IMG/VR virus record: IMGVR_UViG_3300031949_000054
Span: 1 to 51,926 of that record
From: a virus
DNA: 51,926 nucleotides
Reading direction: 5' to 3' (one strand)
The notes under the pieces are model-generated. The model did no database searches. It was not told the DNA's origin and saw only the letters and a program-made list of their open reading frames with translations. Positions 17,649 through 25,120 of the stretch are shown one piece after another. A program made the position numbers and the translations under genes. Numbering within the stretch: position 1 is the stretch's first letter; the number at the start of each line of letters is the position of its first letter.

Positions 17649-17915
17649 CTACCGGGGGTCCCCCACGTCGGGGGGCGCAGCAGCCGCAGGCCCAGTGTCG
17701 TCGTCGCGTTGCGAACGAGTGTCCCGAATCAGCGGGTCCGGACCAGCTTTATCGGCAAGTACGCTGCTAACCTGCGGTGCTGCACCATTCTGTTCCCCTG
17801 CACGAGGGGCATGTGAAAAATGCATAGGACAGGAGGAGTCCTCGCAGACCCACAGTGCGCTTCCGCTCCAGTGGCCTATTTCACCCTTGCAGTAGCCCAT
17901 AGCGTTCGTGCTCAT
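17649..17915 (-). CDS. Hypothetical Cys-containing small protein (low-GC insert)
   Basis: 88-aa ORF with AAGGAG 6 nt upstream of the ATG. N-terminus MSTNAMGYCKGEIGHWSGSALWVCEDSSCPMHF. Confidence 0.45.
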   Translation of the reverse strand: MSTNAMGYCKGEIGHWSGSALWVCEDSSCPMHFSHAPRAGEQNGAAPQVSSVLADKAGPDPLIRDTRSQRDDDTGPAAAAPPDVGDPR

Positions 17916-18521
17916 TCATTTCTCCTTCGGTGAGGGAGGGAGCGCGGCACCGTATCGGGCTGGGGTAGCCCCGATGTCCGGTTGAGTGATTGTTACTAGA
18001 CCATCTCGTACCAAACCTTTGAGGGCGCTTCGCACTGGAGTAACCGGGATTCCGGTTGCGTAAGAAATGTCCCGTATCGTGCTGTGTTCGTTCAGCGCCT
18101 CAAGAACTTTTTGCACACGAGCAGAGCGCGTTCGTTTCTGGATTCCTACACGTGGATCAACTTTCGGCCAGGGGAGCAGTTTCTCAACGTCGCCACGGCC
18201 TGCCGCCACATCCAAAGCATCGGATACGTCATCGCTCGTCTCGAAGATGCCGAACATATCTGCCATGCAGCCGATGACTAGGTAGAGTGCAGCGCAACGC
18301 TCCTGCCATGTCCCAATCGTTTCTGGGGCCGTGTGCTCAAACTCAGCGGCATCAGCCTTAACCGGCTGCCCCGCCTCTGCGTGATCCGATAGGGCGCGAA
18401 GGGCTGCAAGAATTGCGTGCTGATCCTCGCTGCCAAGTTCGGTTGATTGGCCGTCTTCATATTGCAGAAACAGAATGCCGCTACCATCGATCTGTTCTAT
18501 TAGTCTCGTCAACTCGCTCAT
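17916..18521 (-). CDS. Hypothetical protein with a C-terminal winged-helix-like domain (low-GC insert)
   Basis: I chose the start at MSELTRL (ATG 18521), which forms an ATGA overlap with the synthase stop. The C-terminus ..VQKVLEALNEHSTIRDISYATGIPVTPVRSALKGLVRDGLV looks MarR/wHTH-like. Confidence 0.6.
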   Translation of the reverse strand: MSELTRLIEQIDGSGILFLQYEDGQSTELGSEDQHAILAALRALSDHAEAGQPVKADAAEFEHTAPETIGTWQERCAALYLVIGCMADMFGIFETSDDVSDALDVAAGRGDVEKLLPWPKVDPRVGIQKRTRSARVQKVLEALNEHSTIRDISYATGIPVTPVRSALKGLVRDGLVTITQPDIGATPARYGAALPPSPKEK

Positions 18522-19546
18522 GGCCTTCCTTTCCTCACGAGTTCCCACGTTAGCGGTTCGCCAGCCCTCACCGCCCGGTATACGCGCATCCCCATGACCA
18601 GAGGCTTGTTCTTCGGCTCCATGCCGTCCCCCGGGCGTAGCGCCCGGACGTTGTGCTCGGTCAGCGGGTCGCCCTCGGCCATGTCGTAGGCCACATGCAG
18701 GGTGCGGCGCAGAGCGAGCATCGGGCGTTCGGCTTCGCTCGGGCCGTAGCTCTCGAATCCGACAGCGTCGATCGCATCGTGCACGGCTTGCACCAGGGTC
18801 TCCATGCCGAGGGGATCAAGCGAGAAGCTCTTGTCCGGGCCGAGCGTCGTAAACTCCCCCATGTGCTTCTCGATCATGTCGGCGCCCATGATCGCGGCGG
18901 CTACAGCGGCGCCTGATCCGGGCGTGTGGTCGGAGTATCCAATTTTGCAGTCGAAATGCTGGCGCATGTTCGCCATCGTGGCGAGATTCACCTCGGCCGC
19001 TGTGGCCGGGTAGACGCTCGAGCACTTGAGCAGCGTGAGGTTGCCCTGCGTTCCGCCGGCGTGGCGATAGGCCTGGACCGCATCGTCGATCTCGGCAAGG
19101 GTGGCCATGCCGGTCGAGATGATGATCGGCTTACCGGTGAGGGTGACGCGGGTGATCAGTTCGAGGTCGAGGATCTCAAAGGAGGCGATCTTGTAGATCG
19201 GGCATCCCAGCCGCTCGAGGAAATCCACGGCTGCGGGTTCGAATGGGGTGCTGAACACAGGGATGCCGACCTTTTCGCCCTCCTTGAAGATCTGCTCATG
19301 CCAGCTCCACGGAAGCGCGCAGCGGTTGTACAGGTCCCAGAGATTCTCCCCCTTCCATGGTCCCTCTGTGAGGGTGTGCTGCACGCTCGGGTGGACCATG
19401 CTCGTGGGCTCGTAGGTCTGCAGTTTGACAGCGTCGCAGCCGGCGCGCTTGGCCGCGCGCACGATCTCCAGGGCGCGTTCCATGTGCTGGCAGTGATTCG
19501 CGCCCATCTCCGCGACAATGAACGGGTACCGCGAGGCGCGCTTCAT
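18518..19546 (-). CDS. pseI: Nonulosonic acid synthase of the NeuB/PseI/LegI family (pseudaminic acid synthase favoured by context)
   Basis: Start trimmed to MKRASRYPFIVAEMGANHCQ (ATG 19546). TIM-barrel NeuB motifs are present, plus a C-terminal SAF-like ..RALRPGDGMEP..G.RVYRAVRAGEPLTWE. Confidence 0.85.
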   Translation of the reverse strand: MKRASRYPFIVAEMGANHCQHMERALEIVRAAKRAGCDAVKLQTYEPTSMVHPSVQHTLTEGPWKGENLWDLYNRCALPWSWHEQIFKEGEKVGIPVFSTPFEPAAVDFLERLGCPIYKIASFEILDLELITRVTLTGKPIIISTGMATLAEIDDAVQAYRHAGGTQGNLTLLKCSSVYPATAAEVNLATMANMRQHFDCKIGYSDHTPGSGAAVAAAIMGADMIEKHMGEFTTLGPDKSFSLDPLGMETLVQAVHDAIDAVGFESYGPSEAERPMLALRRTLHVAYDMAEGDPLTEHNVRALRPGDGMEPKNKPLVMGMRVYRAVRAGEPLTWELVRKGRP

Positions 19547-19760
19547 GACCAAAGGCCGGCACCCGGACCCATAAGCGGGCAGGGTATCCGGGCGCCGGTT
19601 TTCTCTGGCACTACGCTGAATGGGGCTCGGCCACGAGAGCAAGGGGAGTTACCCGCAATTTCCTTCGCGCGGCTCTCTCTCGCAAGAACGGCCCGCGCCC
19701 CATGACTGGCCACGTGCAGATTGCACACGCTCGGCCCCTCGGTGTATTCCTTTTCGATCC

Positions 19761-20294
19761 TCATTGCCGCCCCAGGAGTTCAAGAGTCCGGGCCGCGTCC
19801 TCGAGGGTCGCGGTACTGAAATCGCCACTCGCGGCGGTGCGCCTGAGTTCGGCCGCGAGCGTCGGGATGTTGCGCTTGGCGACCTGGATCGTGCGCGCGA
19901 GTTCACCCGCCTGGAAGTCCTGCTCGTTGTTCTCGATCGGCTTCACGACGTGCTTGGTGCCCTGCGCGACGAGGCTCACGATCACGAAGGGTCGCGAGGG
20001 TTCGGCTGGGCTCGCCGGTACCGCGCGGCGGGTCCCCACGGCCGGGATGCCCGGGGTGGCGGGTCTGCCCTCCGGGCGGTAGACCATCGCCGCTGGGGTC
20101 ACCTTCTGGTAGGCCATGCACTGGTCAAACGCACTCAGGTCCTCCTCTCGAATCAGCACGGTCATCTCGGGGTTCTGATGGCGGGCCTTCCAGAGCAGGA
20201 GCTGCAGCACCCTGTTGGGGTCGGCCGCTGCGAAGGCGTCGAGGACGTCGACGGGCGGCGGCGTGGCTTTCGGTTTTGCTTTCGCTTTCGTCAT
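19761..20294 (-). CDS. Hypothetical protein
   Basis: 177-aa ORF. Its ATG overlaps the TGA of the GNAT gene (ATGA). Confidence 0.6.
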   Translation of the reverse strand: MTKAKAKPKATPPPVDVLDAFAAADPNRVLQLLLWKARHQNPEMTVLIREEDLSAFDQCMAYQKVTPAAMVYRPEGRPATPGIPAVGTRRAVPASPAEPSRPFVIVSLVAQGTKHVVKPIENNEQDFQAGELARTIQVAKRNIPTLAAELRRTAASGDFSTATLEDAARTLELLGRQ

Positions 20295-20752
20295 GGTCTT
20301 TCTCCTGGTGGCAGCTGGTAGGTGTGCTGAATAACGCGAGCTCCCAGCTTCAAAAAGAGCGCGTGCGAGCGGGTGTTCCCTGGGGCTACGTTCGCGAGCA
20401 GCGGTCCTGGGTGCCTCTCTCGCAGGAGAGTAACCGCCCGGAAGGCGTAGCCCTTGCGCTGGTGGGTGGCAAAGATCGCGACCGCTACCTCGTTCGCGCG
20501 GGTGAGCGCGACCGAGCCGACCCGTTCCAGTCTCTGAAGCTCGAAGAAGGCTGCTTCGTATGTTTCCGGCCTGTCCTCGATCAGGTACCAGGCTTTGTAG
20601 GGGCGGGAGGCGACGAATGCCTTGTGGGCCTCGTAGCTTGGCATCTGCCGGTGTGAGATGTTCGCCTCGGGTGGGCGCTCCTGCAGCAGCTCGTAAAGGA
20701 TCCGCCCGGCTAAGGATGGACCCACGTCGTAGACGTCTGTCAGTCTCAGCAA
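20291..20752 (-). CDS. GNAT-family N-acetyltransferase, PseH-like
   Basis: I chose the TTG start at 20752, which lies 6 nt after AAGGAG. LLRLTDV..ILYELLQERPPEANISHRQMPSYEAHKAFV..YKAWYLIE resembles the PseH-type N-terminus. The upstream part of the track ORF 20291..21034 is Arg-rich noise. Confidence 0.6.
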   Translation of the reverse strand: MLRLTDVYDVGPSLAGRILYELLQERPPEANISHRQMPSYEAHKAFVASRPYKAWYLIEDRPETYEAAFFELQRLERVGSVALTRANEVAVAIFATHQRKGYAFRAVTLLRERHPGPLLANVAPGNTRSHALFLKLGARVIQHTYQLPPGERP

Positions 20753-20934
20753 TTCGCGCTCCTTTTCCACGGGCCTGCTATCTGCCAGCACGGGCTGCAG
20801 GCCCAGATGACGCCGCGGCCGTAGCAGGCGGGTTGTCCACAGGCTCCGCATGGCCTGGGGATAACTTTCCCGTCCGGGGTGAAGCCGCCCATGTTGATCT
20901 CCTTCGCGTTGGCCGTGCCCGGGTGGTGCATCAT
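20746..20934 (-). CDS. Small Cys-rich (zinc-ribbon-like) protein
   Basis: 62 codons from MMHHPG.. (ATG 20934, ATGA overlap with the HisF-like stop). Contains CGACGQPACYG..WACSPCW. Confidence 0.4.
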   Translation of the reverse strand: MMHHPGTANAKEINMGGFTPDGKVIPRPCGACGQPACYGRGVIWACSPCWQIAGPWKRSANC

Positions 20935-21851
20935 TGGTGTCGCCCGATGAGCCCGAGAATCTCCTCCTCGGATACCTCTCCGCGCCGGTCCCACAGCATG
21001 TCGAAGACCTCCCTCGGTACCGGGGGGGCACCATGCTTCTGGGCTTCCTCCCAGACCATTTCCTTCAGGCGAGGGTCGCTCAGATCGCCGGTGATTTCCA
21101 TGGGTTCTGGGAGCCTGGTCTCGATCCCGTGTTCGGCGAGATAACGTGCGGCTTCCAGCGGGGTCTGATCGGTGAACTGGAACATGGCGCCAGCGGCTAC
21201 TGCGTCTGCGCCGGCCTCAATCGCCTCGAGCAGATGCTGGTACGTGCCGGCGCCGCCGTGAGCGATCACCGGGATGCTTACATAGTTGCTCACTGCTCGG
21301 ATTATCGGCAAATCGTAGCCTTCCATCGTGCCCTCGCGGTCGATCGATGTCAGCAGAATTTCGCCTGCGCCGTGTTGTTCCAAATACATAGCCCAACGGA
21401 CCGGCCTGCGGCGGCGCGCATATTCAGGGACGCCCTTGAACACGACAAAACCACCACGCACATCGGCGGCGGCGACAAGCGCTTGGCTGCCGACTCTATC
21501 CGCAGCCTCGCGTAAAAGATTAGGGACATGAAGAGTTGCAGCACCGATCACCACCTTGTCGGCGCCGGCGCGGAGCAGCGCTCGCACGTCGTCGACTGAC
21601 CGGATTCCTCCGCCGACAGCGAGCGGCATGAAACAGACTTCAGCGAGCTCGGCGACCAGATCCAGGTCCGGACCACGGCCTTCTGCGGTGGCGGCGACGT
21701 CCAGCAGCATGAGCTCGTCCACGCCGCGCGTCTGGTGGATGCGCACCGCTTGGGCGGCAAGGCCGACCGTTCTCCAGGAATCAAAGCGCGCGCCCTTCAC
21801 CATCTGCCGCCCTCGGCACAGGATCGTCGGGATGATGCGCTTGGAGAGCAT
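20931..21851 (-). CDS. HisF/WbuZ-like imidazole-glycerol-phosphate-synthase cyclase-subunit homolog (glycosyl amidation partner) with a ~55-aa C-terminal extension
   Basis: Start trimmed to MLSKRIIPTILCRG (ATG 21851). HisF motifs ..DELMLLDV.. and ..PLAVGGGIRSVDDVRALLRAGADKVVIG.. are present. Confidence 0.85.
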   Translation of the reverse strand: MLSKRIIPTILCRGRQMVKGARFDSWRTVGLAAQAVRIHQTRGVDELMLLDVAATAEGRGPDLDLVAELAEVCFMPLAVGGGIRSVDDVRALLRAGADKVVIGAATLHVPNLLREAADRVGSQALVAAADVRGGFVVFKGVPEYARRRRPVRWAMYLEQHGAGEILLTSIDREGTMEGYDLPIIRAVSNYVSIPVIAHGGAGTYQHLLEAIEAGADAVAAGAMFQFTDQTPLEAARYLAEHGIETRLPEPMEITGDLSDPRLKEMVWEEAQKHGAPPVPREVFDMLWDRRGEVSEEEILGLIGRHQ

Positions 21852-22093
21852 CAGCCTCTGCCTTGCGCTTGGATCACTTTCAGGATGCAGTCCGAAAGCG
21901 CCCAGGCTGGGCGCTTTCCCCACCCACGCTCTAGGCTTGGATGGTGCTGCGCTTCGTAATAATCTTGGTGAAATGGCCACCACCTTCTACGAATGCGGAA
22001 TAGCCGCATGTTGGCGTACTTCACGATCCTGTTCGCGTCGCCCTCGCGAGCCTCGTCACGCAGGTCAAGTTCCCGGCGGGTCTCGCGCGTCAC
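21851..22093 (-). CDS. Hypothetical Arg/Trp-rich 80-aa protein occupying the position where a HisH/WbuY glutaminase would be expected
   Basis: The GTG start forms a GTGA overlap with the amidotransferase stop. The stop forms a TGATG overlap with the HisF-like start. No glutaminase motif is present. Confidence 0.4.
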   Translation of the reverse strand: MTRETRRELDLRDEAREGDANRIVKYANMRLFRIRRRWWPFHQDYYEAQHHPSLERGWGKRPAWALSDCILKVIQAQGRG

Positions 22094-23196
22094 GCGAACT
22101 CCTTCAAAATGGGGCGCTTGTCGTAGGGGTGTGCGAAAAGATCCTTGTTCGTGAAGCGGGCGAGGGTATCCATCAGTTCGCCCTCGGACATCCGGATCTG
22201 CTCGAGCACCCTGGCGAGCGGGACGCCGGCATAGACATCTGGGAAGAGCCCGTCGATCTCGCGCACGTTCCGCATGGCCTCATCCCGTGAGAGCTTATTG
22301 TGGCGGATGTCCACTGAGAGTTGCGCGGCGGCCCGCCCGTAGCCGTACTTGCGGTACATCGCATGGTCGTGCAGGCCCGTCATCGCGTTGTCAAGGTTCT
22401 CCGCCGGCCACCAGTTCGCCGGGGTTGGGAGGTGCTGGCGCATGCCGGCGTCGGCCGCGGCGCGGGCGTTGCGCTCGGCGTCCCAGCGGAAGTACTGTCC
22501 CATGAAGTGGGCCTCGATCCCCGCCGCGGCGACAAAGCGCTCGTCAAGGGGGCGGTAAGGCTGCAGGTCGCGCTCGGAGAGGCTTCGTTGTCCGACCAGG
22601 TCCTGTGCTCGCAGGCCGAGAAAGCCGCCAAACTCCGTGACCCAGCGCCGCGTCATCGCGCGCGCGTCGGTCGTGCCCTGGGGGCCTCCGTAGGCTTCTT
22701 GCGGGTTTTCGCCGTACAAAACCAGTGGAATAATCATGTTTCGCGCCACCGCCCAGGGGGTGTTGAAGATGGTGGCGTGCTCGGGCCAGCTGATATCGCC
22801 CACGAGCTCCAGGCCCAGGCGGTTTAGCTTCGAGCGCACCTTCCGGTTCGGGGTGACCTCGATCGTGTCGGCGTAGCGGGCGAGGTTGTCGATGTTGAAG
22901 CGCCCGATCGGCGTCAGCATGCACGTGGAGGCAGTTACCACCAGGGGCCGGTAGCCAAGCTCGATCACCTTCAGCACCTGCCAGTGGCTGTCCTTGCCGC
23001 CTGAGCTCGCCACGATGCAGTCGTAGCCGCTCGCTGGGTTGTGCTTCTCGCGCATCAGGGTGTGGAACTCCTCCTCGCGCGCGGCCCAGTCGACGCGGCC
23101 CCTATTGGCGAAAGAGCGGCAGGCCGAGCACACCCCGTCCTCGAATGGCGTGTCGGGGCGGGCCGTAGGTATCACACAATTGCGGCAGCGGTTCAT
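22090..23196 (-). CDS. N-acetyl sugar amidotransferase (PseA/WbuX/WbpG type, PP-loop ATPase)
   Basis: 368-aa ORF. N-terminal CRNC..CSAC zinc-ribbon-like pairs, followed by the PP-loop IVASSGGKDS. Confidence 0.85.
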   Translation of the reverse strand: MNRCRNCVIPTARPDTPFEDGVCSACRSFANRGRVDWAAREEEFHTLMREKHNPASGYDCIVASSGGKDSHWQVLKVIELGYRPLVVTASTCMLTPIGRFNIDNLARYADTIEVTPNRKVRSKLNRLGLELVGDISWPEHATIFNTPWAVARNMIIPLVLYGENPQEAYGGPQGTTDARAMTRRWVTEFGGFLGLRAQDLVGQRSLSERDLQPYRPLDERFVAAAGIEAHFMGQYFRWDAERNARAAADAGMRQHLPTPANWWPAENLDNAMTGLHDHAMYRKYGYGRAAAQLSVDIRHNKLSRDEAMRNVREIDGLFPDVYAGVPLARVLEQIRMSEGELMDTLARFTNKDLFAHPYDKRPILKEFA

Positions 23197-23278
23197 TGGC
23201 TAATCCGATGGAATTCCTTTATCCCGTGCGAGAGTCTCACCCTGCGCCAGAACTCACCAGCGGCGTGTTTGCCTGCCA

Positions 23279-23845
23279 TCATGGCTTCTCCATCAACCAG
23301 TACGTGCAGCGGTCAAAGCCGTTCGCCTCGCCGGTGTGCAGGATCGTCAGCCCGAGCGCCTCATACAGCTTGCCGTACGGGCGCTTCCACAGGCGGTTCT
23401 CGTAGCCGCGGTACTCGATCATCTGCTCAACATCGGAGGCGTATTCGATCGCGACGATCCATCGTGAGCTCGCGTCGACGATCTCCCCCATAAACGCGGG
23501 AAGGTTCTCCGGGGCTACGTGGATGAGGACGCCCGCGGTGAACACGAGGTCGTACCGCCCTGGGGGCTCATCAAGCCTGCCGGTTGAAACGCCGACCAGG
23601 CCGGCGGCACGCGCCTGCTCTGCCGCCCTCGGGTTGATGTCGCACCCGTGGAGCATCGCCTTTGAAATCTCCGCGATCGCCGAGAGGTTCCAGCCCGCGT
23701 TGCACCCGACCTCGTAGACGCTCCGGGCTTCGGTGAAGCGCATGATGTCGGTCCAGAACGGGATGCGCGCGCGCCAGTCCACCCGGTTGCGCGCGGTGTA
23801 GGCGTTCCCGAACTCCCCCGCCCAGAACTCCTCCTGGGGGATCAT
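23279..23845 (-). CDS. SAM-dependent methyltransferase resembling the pseudaminic-acid-biosynthesis-associated methylase
   Basis: 188-aa ORF. Motifs seen: EEFWAGEFGNAYTARN, EVGCNAGWNL (motif I), GVLIHVAP, and IEY..IEYRGYENRLWKRPYG. Confidence 0.8.
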   Translation of the reverse strand: MIPQEEFWAGEFGNAYTARNRVDWRARIPFWTDIMRFTEARSVYEVGCNAGWNLSAIAEISKAMLHGCDINPRAAEQARAAGLVGVSTGRLDEPPGRYDLVFTAGVLIHVAPENLPAFMGEIVDASSRWIVAIEYASDVEQMIEYRGYENRLWKRPYGKLYEALGLTILHTGEANGFDRCTYWLMEKP

Positions 23846-24414
23846 CGCATTCCTTTCTCAGAACGCCGCCGCGCCTGTTGCGAGACGGACATCTTCGCTC
23901 TTGCTGAGGCTGGGAGCCTAGTACCAAGTTTAGCTGCGGCCATGCGCTTCCGGGCCTCCACGGAGAAGGTGCGCCCTTTCTGGGCCTTGGACATCCGCTC
24001 ACGAGATTCAGGCGTGACGACCCGACGCTTGAGAGCCAATTTGATCCGTTCTCTGTGCACATCAGACAGCCGTCGACCGCGTAGGGATTCCGATATCTTC
24101 GCCGCGACTGTCGGCAAGAATGGTACTGGCTTCTTTCCTCCTGGGCTTATGTTGTAGCCACGTGGGTCTAGTGTGCAAAACACAGCGATGGCGCGCGTTT
24201 CTGTCTCATCGAGATCGACTGGCTGTACGACGGCAAGCACCGTAAGGCGCGGCACCCCGTACTTTCGCCAAGCCATATAGACGGCCCCTTTCGTGCTTGC
24301 GTCGCTGGCCTTGTGGTGACGACGAAACCGTTGAAGCGCTGTCCCGACAGTCGCGCCGATATATGACTTTCCCGATGCAAAGTCTAGGCGGTACAGTTCA
24401 CCCATTTTCCCCAT
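23842..24414 (-). CDS. GIY-YIG homing endonuclease with NUMOD3-like repeats
   Basis: 190-aa ORF. LYRL..KSYIGAT (GIY-YIG), RFRRH, ETETRAI and GYNISPGG. Three C-terminal S/ARxRMSxAQKG-type repeats. GC looks lower than in the neighbouring genes. Confidence 0.85.
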   Translation of the reverse strand: MGKMGELYRLDFASGKSYIGATVGTALQRFRRHHKASDASTKGAVYMAWRKYGVPRLTVLAVVQPVDLDETETRAIAVFCTLDPRGYNISPGGKKPVPFLPTVAAKISESLRGRRLSDVHRERIKLALKRRVVTPESRERMSKAQKGRTFSVEARKRMAAAKLGTRLPASARAKMSVSQQARRRSEKGMR

Positions 24415-25120
24415 CCCTAAGCTTTATCGCAGCGTAGAGCAGTTCCGCCATCTCCCAATCGCTTACGGTGTTGATGTCCTGGCAGCGGTAGCGTGGGATC
24501 GGCACGCCGAGCGAGGCGGGACTGAAGATCGGCGCATCGCGCACGAACGACGCCGTTCTCCCCCAGTACCACTGCCCGGCGTCGTGGTAGTAGGTCGGGA
24601 GATCCTGGCTTCTTGCGTTCGCGATGGCCTCGGTAAGCGAGCCGGTGACGACCGCCCCATCTGGGCCGAGCTCGAAGGCCCGCTGCAGTTCGGCGTCGTA
24701 CGTGGTGACGGAGAAGGCGTAGACCGGGTCCCAGTCGGTGCGGGTGAGCGCCCGGAAGCCTGCCTGCAGGTCCGCGGGGGTCATCATCGGGGCGGTCGCG
24801 TAGATGCAGCAGGCGAGGTCGTAGGCGAAGTGCGGGCCGGCTGGCTTGTGGATCGCGAGCAGCGCCTCCCGCATCACCGCCTGGGTGCCGGTGTGGTCAT
24901 CGGCGAGCTCCGCGGGCCGACGGTGGACCGAGGCGCCGTAGCGCGCCGCGACCTCGGCGATCTCATCGGAGTCTGTCGAGACGAGGATGAGATCGAACAG
25001 GGCGCTCGCTTTCGCCGCCTCGATCGAGTAGGCGATGATCGGCCGACCGTGGAAGGGCTGGATGTTCTTGCCGGGGATGCGCTTGCTACCGCCCCGGGCG
25101 GGGATGATTGCGATTTTCAT
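24398..25120 (-). CDS. pseF: CMP-nonulosonate synthetase (PseF/NeuA-type cytidylyltransferase)
   Basis: 240-aa ORF. MKIAIIPARGGSKRIPGKNI and ..RRPAELADDHTGT.., as in acylneuraminate/pseudaminate cytidylyltransferases. Confidence 0.85.
   Translation of the reverse strand: MKIAIIPARGGSKRIPGKNIQPFHGRPIIAYSIEAAKASALFDLILVSTDSDEIAEVAARYGASVHRRPAELADDHTGTQAVMREALLAIHKPAGPHFAYDLACCIYATAPMMTPADLQAGFRALTRTDWDPVYAFSVTTYDAELQRAFELGPDGAVVTGSLTEAIANARSQDLPTYYHDAGQWYWGRTASFVRDAPIFSPASLGVPIPRYRCQDINTVSDWEMAELLYAAIKLRDGENG

Noticed and set aside
19543-19764. 73-aa minus ORF filling the 214-bp gap upstream of the synthase gene
   Set aside because: It has no ribosome-binding site, an odd composition and no coupling to neighbours. 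The gap more likely holds an internal promoter or regulatory region, which I could not define.
20753-21034. Upstream extension of the GNAT ORF (track ORF 20291..21034)
   Set aside because: The extension is Arg/Gly-rich and overlaps the HisF-like gene. A TTG with a perfect AAGGAG at 20752 gives a GNAT of normal size. The intervening DNA is better explained by the Cys-rich ORF 20746..20934.
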